Notes under the pieces: generated by a model | What the model saw: only the letters and a program-made list of their open reading frames with translations | Told to the model about the DNA's origin: nothing | Database searches by the model: none | Translations under genes and position numbers: made by a program | NCBI GenBank assembly: GCA_032718475.1 | Contig: JAUCBJ010003193.1 | Span: forward strand, 1 to 34,513 | Length of the DNA stretch: 34,513 nucleotides | From: Nemertoderma westbladi | Taxonomy: Eukaryota > Animalia > Xenacoelomorpha | Reading direction: 5' to 3' | Shown: in pieces, positions 11,001-23,000 of the stretch | How the letters are laid out: every line of letters starts with the position of its first letter | Numbering within the stretch: position 1 is the first letter of the stretch

Positions 11001-14000
11001 TATAATATTTTCAAGACCTGGGAAGTTCAATACATCGTAGAATAATATAGAGGTAGGTTGTAGGCCTAAACAGTAGTATAATAGTAAGGCGTATTTTTCC
11101 TTGTTAAAATATCTCGTAAAATTTCCTCATGTTTCATTTGAATGCACATTAAACTTACCGGTATTCAATACATTGGTTAAACTACGGTAGTGAACTATGG
11201 AGCTACGATTCCGTGGTGGAAGTTGAACGGATACAATTACGGTTATTGAAAAATTTCCCAGGTGTTAAAAAATCTACGCCTGACTTTTCTATTTACGGTG
11301 AAACTGGCGAGTATCCACTAATATGTCATTGATATTATTATAGACTGGACTATTTAGCACAATTTCCACTTCCAACGCAAACGCTGACATTTACTTTCTA
11401 TTTAATTTCTTTTAATTCGTTATGTTTATAGGTAGTCTGACTCTATCTGGGCTCCCTAAACTCTGCAGCCGTTCCTACATGTCCTGTGGTGGAACCCAGA
11501 GACTGCCACATCAGCGTCTACAACATCGTCGGTGTTTATCTACCAATGGGTTTAGAAGGACCGATAAAACTGTCACACAAAGTGAGTAACAATTAATTGT
11601 AATTACTTTAGTGCTAGTGTTGGGTCTTATACTCCTACCCTACCGCCTATTTTCTCTTGATTCAGTTGCGTTTTGTCCTACTGTGTTAGATCCTTCTCGG
11701 CAGTACGACCTACTTTGTGTTAGATCATACTATGAGTTAGTACGTACTTGCTTTACATGATGCAGTGTGCTACTATGTGTTGCTATCTTCAGTCTAGTTC
11801 ACGGATTCAGTATGGTGCCATCATGGCCATCATCCCGCATGGTTGATTTTATTTGTAAGCCATAACCTGTGGCTACCAGCCAGTCGTACAAAGTATTTCC
11901 TAAATCCAGAATATAATACAATGTGTCTTAATTAACTTATAACTATAACTTATAAATATACTATTAATTTTGGTACATCTAAATAATTTGTATTTAAATA
12001 TCCAGACTTCACACACTTAATTACTATTCCGTTTAGGTACAGTTGTAACCCCGTTTTCCGAAAAAAGCAGGACTGTTCTACAAGATTTCGGTGCTTATGT
12101 CAGCAAAATCCTCCCGAAGTATGTACAAAGAACCCAAATAACTCATCAAGGTTAGTTGTAATTACTCAGTACGAATACTGCGGTTGCAAGGCAGTCTGGG
12201 CGCAGCAGTGCATGTCGAGTACTTCATACAGATACAACTGAGCATTTATAATTATAAGCAGAAACGTATACAAATATATCAATATGAAGGAAGATAAATG
12301 ATGATGTCTGTTCCAGAATGCTGCTGAGGTACTATTTGAGCGCCATCGAATATTTCTAACTTTAAACCCAGGCGGTGGTCTTCTTATACTTCTACTGATA
12401 ACCACCGGCACCGGTTGGTTGTATTTCCACCCCATCTGAATTATGTTTGTTGAGAGACAATCGCAGCACATAGTCCATAGACCTTCAATAGAATAGGTAG
12501 GAGCACGCGTATCGCTCTTAGGGACAGACACCCCATGGGACTTCAAATGACGTGTCTCTATCTCAATCTGTTGTAGATGTGTGTGGAACCATCACACAGG
12601 GATTTAAGTTGATTTATCCTTTTTGTTGATTTCAGGCGAATTAGAGGTTTTAGTTTGTCCGGATGGGATTATTCCGGTGCTATGTTTTTTACGTTGCCAT
12701 ACCAACGCTCAGTTTGAGAGCCTTGCCGACATAACAGCCGTCGATGTCCCCAGCCGGGTGCTGAGGTTCGAGGTGAGTTTATCTCGGGCGAGGAAATCCG
12801 CTGTCATAATTAGTACGGCACGCAAAGATGCCTTATAGATATAGAGAACATCTGTTACTTTTAGTTTTATCGAGTAAATTCTCCTTAATTATTTATTAAT
12901 TAATTAGTGTTGTAACTAACTAACTAACTTCTAGTTCACTATGTTTTCTTTATAGGTGGTCTACAATTTATTGTCTATTCGCTACAACCAACGCATACGA
13001 GTTAAAACATACGCAGATGAAGTGAACCCCTTAGACTCAGCGATGTCTGTTTATAGGGGTGAGTTTCTTTAGTGCAGTTCGCACTCTAGTATACACATTA
13101 GTGAGCCTTCGTGCAGCACGTGACATTTTTAGTTTTGCATTAAGTTTGCGAAACTTAACTCTGATTGGCTATTGGCAGTTCAAGAACTAGTGCAGTAAAG
13201 CACTTTCGGAAGTATTCTATTCCACCACCGGTACTAAACAAATTCATATAGTGTCCAAGATGCTAAACGAAGTGGTTTATTAGTATAGGTAACACAATAC
13301 TCTTCTCCTTCATTAGCCTCGTTGCGCTCGTCCTTTTTTGTAATAAAATATTTTTCCTAAACGCTGACTGACAACCTTTATAACACTGCAAACTCGAGAA
13401 ACTGTGCGAGTAACTGCTGCTTTTTGGCAGATACTCTTATCCACTGTAAAACTCGTTATGTTCGGGGTTACGTTCGTTCTGTACAACCTGATCACCAGTA
13501 TACCCAACAACATTCCATTATCAATACTAAACAATATGATATATTGCCCAATATTCTAAACCATGTAGTTTTCGAGTATTATTTAGTCAACACAATACTT
13601 AACTACATTACAATACAATCTTCATTAGTCTCGTTGCGCTCGTCCTGATCGCCCCACGCAAATTCTACTTGGGAAATTTCTAAACTTGCCAAACAACATG
13701 AGTTAATATCGTTTAAAGACACTGATCTACTGATATACGGAACGTCAGACGCACCGATTGGTATAGTATTACCCGCCCGTATGCTAAGCTCGCTTACTTT
13801 CATGACTAGCCCCACTATTACTTGCTTTTAACTCAGATCCAGCCTTAGGACCCACTTCGAATAGGCGGACCAATATGTGCGTTGCTAAATTTAAATGTAT
13901 CCGGGGTCAATGCCAACCATGACCAATGTCCCGTACGTGATTTTTGAAATTTGCTGAATTTTGAAATTAACTTTGAGAATTTGCCAGTGGTGATGGTTAG

Positions 14001-17000
14001 AAAGAGCGATAATTTGAAGATTTGAAGTATAGTATGGTGGTATTGAGGCGTCCGGCAAGAGATATCAGATCGAAGTGGAAAGTTTTGTAGGGAGAAAAAA
14101 ATTAAGGATTATGTCACGGATAAGACATTTTTAATCCAGTGAAAACATAAAGTTTCACTTTCTGGGAAATTTTGTCGTGAAAAGTTGGGCTAAATATTTT
14201 TTTTCTGTTAATATCAATGTGATACACAAAACTGTTGCATATGGTCAACTGAAAACCGTTATTTTATATAAAAAAATTTATTTGAAAATGTAAATAGACA
14301 GTTTTTTGATGTCATGTATGGGACATATTGATATGGTATAGAAGGAATTTAAACCCGCCCGCCTTACTATCTTTCGTTGTTAATAATAATAAATATTTAC
14401 ATACTTGCGCGTAAAGTAGCGTAGTGTGATGATCCGAGTGGCTTTGTTACACGAACGAACGTTAGTGAGTGAGTGAAAATAAAGCCACGGGGATCAGAAC
14501 ACTGTAAAGTACTTTGCAACAAGTATGTATGTAGTTTTATTCCAAAATTAGTAAGTATCTTAAGTATTGTATCTAAAATTCTAGAACGTTCTGTTTTTCT
14601 ACAGCTGGAAGCACATTTTAGTAGGCTAAATCTTATCTATGAACTTAAGTCCGGTTTTCGTAAATCATATTCTACAGACACCTGCCTTATTAACTTAACT
14701 GATACAATTTGATGTAATAACGCAAAGGGTTTATATACTGGTATGGTAATGTTGGACCTACAAAAGGCTTTCGATACTGTAGATCACGAAATTCTGCTTG
14801 GTAAGTTAGGCCTGATGGGTGTAGGTTCTATAGACTGGTTCAAGTCCTACCTGTCAGACAGAGGTCAAACTGTAGTCATTAGCAAATCGCAGTCTACTGT
14901 ACAAGAGATTACCTGTGGTGTACCGCAAGGTAGTATATTAGGTCCTCTGCTTTTTGTATGCTATGTAAATGATATGATAAGTAGTATAGATCCCGATTTT
15001 AAACTCATTTTATATGCCGACGACAGTGCTCTTATTTTCTCTCATAAAGATCCTATCCATATTTCCCAAAAGTTAAGTGCAGTTCTAGAATCCTGTAATG
15101 AGTGGTTGGTTGATAATAAGCTATCCATTCACTACGATAAGACTGAAAGTATTTTGTTTGGTTCCAAAAGAAAGTTAAAGAAGGTAACTAAGTTTGAAGT
15201 CACTAGTAATGGACATAAGATTGAAAATAAAAAGGAAGTTAAATATTTAGGCGCCACATTGGATAACTGCTTATCAGGAGAAAGTACAGTGAAAAATATT
15301 TTCTCGAAAGTTAACAGTAGGCTTAGGTTTCTATACAGAAATAAAAATAGTTTAAACACCAACTCCCGCAAGTTACTTTGCTCTTCTTTAATACAGTGTC
15401 ACATGGACTATACGTGCTCTTCTTGGTATGAAGGCTTAACCAAACAGCTTAAATGTAAATTACAAGTAGCTCAGAATAAAGTAGTACGATTTATTAAAGA
15501 CTACAAACCTAGGCACCACCTAACTCCAGATGACTTTTCTGAATCTGGACTACTTAACTTAGATAGTAGAGTTAAGCAGCTACGCCTTAACCATGTGCAT
15601 AAAGTGTATAATGGTAAATGTCCCAATTACCTAAAACAAAAATTCAACAGAGTACGCGATACACACTCTTACAGTACCAGAGCTAGTGCTTCAAACTTCT
15701 ACCTCCCGAATTGTAAATCCTTCGAATCTGATACTTTCTTTTTTAACGGCATTAAAAATTGGAACGTTCTGCCTAATGAAATTAAAAAGCTAGATAATCC
15801 GCATTCTTTTAAATCTGCAGTTAAATCTCACCTCCATGTGCAATGTAAAAATAGGTACAATAGTCCTACAGTAAGTTATTAGTTTATTAATTATTTACTA
15901 TTTATACTGTAATTACGTTTTATATTAAATTCGAATTAAACTCGAAAAAAGTATGCTTTTAACTATTCCTAGAAATTGCGGATTATAATGTCGGACAATA
16001 ACTATTTACATACTTGTGTGTAAAAAGTACTTTGCAACAAGTATGTATGTATGTAGTTTTATTCCAACATTTTAACATTTCGAAATGATTGTACATATAC
16101 ATTATAAGTGATAGAAACTGCACAAATTATATTAGTTGCTGTATAAATAAATGTAAAAATGACATAAATTATGTTATAAATCAGTTAGCTTATATTTATC
16201 GCCGGCGTTTGGAACTATGTTATAATAATATAGCTAGGCCCTACTGGTTATTAATAGCTATACCCCGCCTACCGGTAGGTAATGCAGTAGGCCTATCTGG
16301 CTGTCAGGCAAATTTCCACCGATTGTTTACGTGGTAACCAATGACGGCGTTAAGTAATGTCCACTAAGGGGACATTACTTAACTACTAACACAAAATACA
16401 ATACTAAATGTACAGGCCATTACGATGCTGTAATGTCCACTAAAGTTCTAAAGTGCTAAATAACAACTCGCTGTTAATACTAACGGCGTTGAGTAAAGTT
16501 ACAATTTTGTAATAAAATAATATTAATATTATTTGTGATATATTTGTAAAGTTTTTTCAAGCAATAAAAGTTTATAAAAGTGTATAGGTATTCTTAAATT
16601 TGACTTTTTTCACTTTTTGACATACAATGAGTGACAAACAATGAGTGACAATACAATAATGAAGATTACATTTTTTCAAAATAATAAATATAATTACCGT
16701 AACTATTATATATAAACAACAAAAATAACTATTAAACAATACTTATATCAAATGTACCACTTTTTAGCGTTCTGAACCGAGTGGATTTATTACACGAGCC
16801 TCAGCGACTGTTATGATTTCGCTATAAAAAGTATCTTTGCAATTTTCTCTACTTCTACCAACTTTTTGCAGTTCTGATAAAATTGTAAGTTTTCTTTTCA
16901 ATAACAATGGGGGCAGTATTATGTTCATCAACGATGTATAATTAATTTAACTACAGTAAGTCTTAGTACCCATACTGTTTAGTTTTTGATTTATTATAGT

Positions 17001-20000
17001 TGTTTTGCCAGAGTTTGATATTTTTGTTTGTATCCTTGGCTTGATTGTAAGTAAAAGGACAATGAAAGTATTTCGTAAACGATACGCTACTTCGTCGCCA
17101 GTTGTACACCATTACACCATGTCCTGGAATATAGTGTCGTTATTCAGGAACCTGGCCCCCCCACCCCAAATTTTTCTACAAATCTTAATGAGATTGCATG
17201 AAATTTGAAACAGAGATAATTTCACCTTCCGACCACTGACTGGGTGAGCCAGAATTTCTTTCAATCTTTAGCTAAAAGGTGTCTCCGGTGATATTTCACC
17301 AGTTATACTGCAGTTATTCTTGAACCTTATCGCGATTTGTTGGTGCCATTAGAAAGCTGGCCGTGCAAGGATTCCAGAAATGTAAAAAGATATGAATTTG
17401 GTTGAGAAATAGCTGAGATATGGGCACTCGAAAGTTGCATTTATTTTCTTCGCCTGCACGCCATTTATTCTATTGAATAAATACATCATACTCTGGAACA
17501 TTTTGTTTATCCAATATGTAGCTGGGCAACAATGCAATGCTTCTTTAAACATAATATTATGTAGCTATTCATACATAAACAAAATGTTCTAGAATATTGT
17601 GTTTTTATTTAATAGAATAAAACAGCCTCGCGCAGGTGCAGAACCATGAAACTTTTGAACGCTCATATATCTCAGTTATTTCCCAACCAAATTCAAAATT
17701 TTTACATTTTTGGAATCCTTGCACGGTTAGCTTTCTATTGGTACCAACAAATCACGATAAGGTTCATGAATAACTGCAGTGTAACTGGCGCAATACCGAC
17801 TGAGACACCTTTTTCAAACGCTTGTAGCTAAAGATTGAAAGCCAAAATAAAAATTCTGGCTCACCCAGTCAGTGGTCGGGTGGTGACACTATCTCTGTTT
17901 CAAAAATTTCATGCAATCTCATTAAGATTTGTAGAACAATTTGTGGGGGGGGGGGGGGGGGGGGTCCAGGTACTTGAATAACGACACTATATTTCAGGAC
18001 ATGGTGTATTCATATTTCAGTTGGTATAACTGCGATATTGCCGTTTAAAATATGTTCTAGAACAAAATAGCTGCTTAGTAAATTTTCAATTGGAAGTTAA
18101 AACTCTGTGTAACCTTTCATTTTAATCCTTCTCAGTGTGGCTTTCCTTGGTATATGATATTGTGATTTATTAGTTAAACGTTTAAAAATAAAGTGTTAAT
18201 CAAAAAATAATGCTCTCAGTAGGATGATTTATAGAACAACGTAAATGAATATTTTAATCACAAAAAAGACGAAAATTTCGGCATTCCGCCGCCGCTCCTA
18301 AACGGCCGGAATTCCGGCTGGAACGGAATTCCGGTACATCCTTATACAGTATATGATATTTATTATCAGAAATAATAACTAATAATACACAAAATTTAAT
18401 CATTACATTAATTTACATAAGATGGGCACCACTGAACTGCAATAATATTGGGACAGGGCGTGGACATTAAACCTTTAGAACCCCCTAAATACTAAATACA
18501 GTCTAAAACACAAACAAATACAGTTGCTACAATAACCACCCACAAAATGGGACGAGAATAAAACGAAAACCTAAGCAACATTACATTTACTGGACTCCTT
18601 GTACCTATAATTTACGTTATTTTTAAAATACAGCTTGTTAAATGTATCTTGTTTCGAATAACGTAGAATAGGTATATGGTTGTGGTTTGAACTTCCAATA
18701 TACAGATTACCTGCGGTACCTGTCCTAGTCCTGTATGTGATGTCGCGGTGTTGAGGTCTCAACTCCACTAGTTTGTGATAAAGATCTATGATCTGCTTCA
18801 GATCTGTTACTGAATTCAGTTGAGATGGATGGGAATGGGCTTCCATGCAGATTTTCAGCTGTATTAATAATTAGGAGCCCGCTCAAAGAGCAGGGATAGT
18901 TAGGAGCCTGCTCAAAGAGCAGGGATAGTTAGGAGCCAGCTCAAAGAGCAGGGATAGTTATGAGCCCGCTCAAAGAGCACGGATAGTTAGGAGCCCGCTC
19001 AAAGAGCAGGGATAGTTAGGAGCCCGCTCAAAGAGCAAGGATAGTTAGGAGCCCGCTCAAAGAGCAGGGATAGTTAGGAGCCCGCTCAAAGAGCAGGGAT
19101 AGTTAGGAGCCCGCTCAAAGAGCAGGGATAATTAGGAGCCCGCTCAAAGAGCAGGGATAGTTAGGAGCCAGCTCAAAGAGCAGAGTTAGGAGCCCGCCCA
19201 AAGAGCAGGGATAGTTAGGAGCCCACTCAAAGAGCAGGGATAGTTAGGAGCCCTCTCAAAGAGCAGGGATAGTTAGGAGCCCTCTCAAAGAGCAGGGATA
19301 GTTAGGAGCCCGCTCAAAGAGCAGAGTTAGGAGCCCGCTCAAAGAGCAGGGATAGTTAGGAGCCCGCTCAATGAGCACGGATAGTTAGGAGCCCGCTCAA
19401 AGAGCAAGGATAGTTAGGAGCCCACTCAAAGAGCAGGGATAGTTAGGAGCCCGCTCAAAGAGCACGGATCGTAAGGAGCCCGCTCAAAGAGCAGGGATAG
19501 TTAGGAGCCCGCTCAAAGAGCAGGGATAGTTAGGAGCCCGCTCAAAGAGCAGAGTTAAGAGCACGCTCAAAGAGCAGGGATAGTTAGGAGCCCACTCAAA
19601 GAGCAGAGTTAGAAGCCCGCTCAAAGAGCAAGGATAGTTAGGAGCCCGCTCAAAGAGCAGGGATAGTTAGGAGCCAGCTCAAAGAGCAGGGATAGTTATG
19701 AGCCCGCTCAAAGAGCACGGATAGTTAGGAGCCCGCTCAAAGAGCAGGGATAGTTAGGAGTCCGCTCAAAGAACAGAGTTAGGAGCCCGCTCAAAGAGCA
19801 GGGATAGTTAGGAGCCCGCTCAAAGAGCACGGATAGTTAGGAGCCCGATCAAAGAGCAGAGTTAGGAGCCTGCTCAAAGAGCAGGGATAGTTAGGAGCCC
19901 GCTCAAAGAGCAAGGATAGTTAGGAGCCCGCTCAAAGAGCAGGGATAGTTAGGAGCCCGCTCAAAGAGCACGGATAGTTAGGAGCCCGCTCAAAGAGCAC

Positions 20001-23000
20001 GGATAGTTAGGAGCCTGCTCAAAGAGCATGGATAGTTAGGAGCCCGCTCAAAGAGCACGGATCGTTAGGAGCCCACTCAAAGAACAGAGTTAGGAGCCCG
20101 CTCAAAGAGCACGGATAGTTAGGAGCCCGCTCAAAGAGCACGGATAGTTAGGAGCCCGCTCAAAGAGCAAGGATAGTTAGGAGCCCGCTCAAAGAGCACG
20201 GATAGTTAGGAGCCCGCTCAAAGAGCACGGATAGTTAGGAGCCCGCTCAAAGAACAGAGTTAGGAGCCCGCTCAAAGAGCAGGGATAGTTAGGAGCCCGC
20301 TCAAAGAGCACGGATAGTTAGGAGCCCGATCAAAGAGCAGAGTTAGGAGCCCGCTCAAAGAGCACGGATAGTTAGGAGCCCGCTCAAAGAGCACGGATAG
20401 TTAGGAGCCCGCTCAAAGAGCAAGGATAGTTAGGAGCCCGCTCAAAGAGCACGGATAGTTAGGAGCCCGCTCAAAGAGCACGGATAGTTAGGAGCCTGCT
20501 CAAAGAGCATGGATAGTTAGGAGCCCGCTCAAAGAGCACAGATAGTTAGGAGCCCGCTCAAAGAGCAGGGATAGTTAGGAGCCTGCTCAAAGCGCAGAGT
20601 TAAGAGCCCGCTCAAAGCGCAGGGATAGTTAGGAGCCCACTCAAAGAGCAGAGTTAGGAGCCCGCTCAAAGAGCAAGGATAGTTAGGAGCCCGCTCAAAG
20701 AGCAGGGATAGTTAGGAGCCAGCTCAAAGAGCAGGGATAGTTATGAGCCTGCTCAAAGAGCATGGATAGTTAGGAGCCCGCTCAAAGAGCAGGGATAGTT
20801 AGGAGCCCGCTCAAAGAGCACGGATAGTTAGGAGCCCGCTCAAAGAGCAGGGATAGTTAGGAGCCCGATCAAAGAGCAGAGTTAGGAGCCCGCTCAAAGA
20901 GCAGGGATAGTTAGGAGCCCGCTCAAAGAGCAAGGATAGTTAGGAGCCCGCTCAAAGAGCGGGGATAGTTAGGAGCCCGCTCAAAGAGCACGGATAGTTA
21001 GGAGCCCTCTCAATGAGCACGGATAGTTAGGAGCCCGCTCAAAGAGCAGGGATAGTTAGGAGCCCTCTCAAAGAGCAGGGATAGTAAGGAGCCCGCTCAA
21101 AGAGCATGGATAGTTAGGAGCCCGCTCAAAGAGCACGGATAGTTAGGAGCCCGCTCAATGAGCACGAATAGATAGGAGCCCGCTCAAAGAGCAGGGATAG
21201 TTAGGAGCCCGCTCAAAGAGCACGGATAGTTAGGAGCCCGCTCAAAGAGCAGGGATAGTTAGGAGCCCGCTCAAAGAGCACGGATAGTTAGGAGCCCGCT
21301 CAAAGAGCAGGGATAGTTAGGAGCCCGCTCAAAGCGCAGGGATAGTTAGGAGCCCGCTCAAAGAGCAGGGATAGTTAGGAGCCCGCTCAAAGAGCAGGGA
21401 TAGTTAGGAGCCCGCTCAATGAGCACGGATAGTTAGGAGCCCGCTCAAAGAGCATGGATAGTTAGGAGCCCGCTCAAAGAGCAGGGATAGTTAGGAGCCC
21501 GCTCAAAGAGCAGAGTTAGGAGCCCGCCCAAAGAGCAAGGACAGTCAGGAGCCCGCTCAATGAGCACGAATAGTTAGGAGCCCGCTCAAAGAGCAGGGAT
21601 AGTTAGGAGCCCGCTCAAAGAGCAGAGTTAGGAGCCCGCTCAAAGAGCAGGGATAGTTAGGAGCCTGCTCAAAGAGCAAGGATAGTTAGGAGCCCGCTCA
21701 AAGAGCAGGGATAGTTAGGAGCCCGCTCAAAGAGCACGGATAGTTAGGAGCCCGCTCAAAGAGCACGGATAGTTAGGAGCCCGCTCAAAGAACAGGGATA
21801 GTTAGGAGCCCGCTCAATGAGCACGGATAGTTAGGAGCCCGCTCAAAGAGCATGGATAGTTAGGAGCCCGCTCAAAGAGCAAGGACAGTCAGGAGCCCGC
21901 TCAATGAGCAAGGACAGTCAGGAGCCCGCTCAATGAGCACGAATAGTTAGGAGCCCGCTCAAAGAGCAGGGATAGTTAGGAGCCCGCTCAAAGAGCAGGG
22001 ATAATTAGGAGCCCGCTCAAAGAGCAGGGATAGTTAGGAGCCCGCTCAAAGAGCAGAGTTAGGAGCCCGCTCAAAGAGCAGGGATAGTTAGGAGCCCGCT
22101 CAAAGAGCAAGGATAGTTAGGAGCCCGCTCAAAGAGCAGGGATACTTAGGAGCCCGCTCAAAGAGCAGGGATAGTTAGGAGCCCGCTCAATGAGCACGGA
22201 TAGTTAGGAGCCCGCTCAAAGAGCAGAGTTAGGAGCCCGCTCAAAGAGCAGGGATAGTTAGGAGCCCGCTCAAAGAGCAAGGATAGTTAGGAGCCCGCTC
22301 AAAGAGCAGGGATAGTTAGGAGCCCGCTCAAAGAGCAGGGATAGTTAGGAGCCCGCTCAATGAGCACGGATAGTTAGGAGCCCGCTCAAAGAGCATGGAT
22401 AGTTAGGAGCCCGCTCAAAGAGCAAGGATAGTTAGGAGCCCGCTCAAAGAGCACGGATAGTTAGGAGCCCGCTCAAAGAGCACGGATAGTTAGGAGCCCG
22501 CTCAAAGAGCATGGATAGTTAGGAGCCCGCTCAAAGAGCAGGGATAGTTAGGAGCCCGCTCAAAGAGCAAGGACAGTCAGGAGCCCGCTCAATGAGCACG
22601 AATAGTTAGGAGCCCGCTCAAAGAGCAGGGATAGTTAGGAGCCCGCTCAAAGAGCAAGGATAGTTAGGAGCCCGCTCAAAGAGCACGGATAGTTAGGAGC
22701 CCGCTCAAAGAGCACGGATAGTTAGGAGCCCGCTCAAAGAACAGGGATAGTTAGGAGCCCGCTTAAGTTGCTGTCAGAACAAATTGTCAGTGAGGGATAT
22801 ATCCATCTATATAGCTATCTATCTATCCAGATACCGGAATTGCCGTTTCGTACACTTCCTACCTAGCTTTTTTGATTAAATTTTGCAAGTACATTACTTT
22901 GGTGGTTCATAATCGTGTTACAAAATTTCAGATCGATTCTATGTGTGGTATTCGATATATTTCGTTTTTTGACATTATTTTGCCGCGAAATTAAATGTAT

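Noticed and set aside
12298-12440. Intronic C/D-box snoRNA in NDUFS3 intron 3 (ATGATGA with several CTGA)
   Set aside because: The terminal stem is at most 4 bp and I cannot identify an rRNA-complementary guide; such short boxes arise by chance.
12166-12546. 126-aa minus-strand ORF in intron 3
   Set aside because: Non-ATG start, no recognisable motifs and no splice support.
13926-14326. Possible MITE defined by ATGTCCCGTACGTGA and its imperfect inverse
   Set aside because: Only about 15 bp of imperfect inverted match, with no definable termini or TSD.
14710-14712. In-frame TGA in the LINE ORF as programmed readthrough or selenocysteine
   Set aside because: The copy is 5'-truncated, and a nonsense mutation in a dead insertion is the simpler explanation.
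18871-22763. CRISPR array (29-bp hairpin repeats)
   Set aside because: Units are head-to-tail with no unique spacers, there are no cas genes, and the context is a eukaryotic intron.
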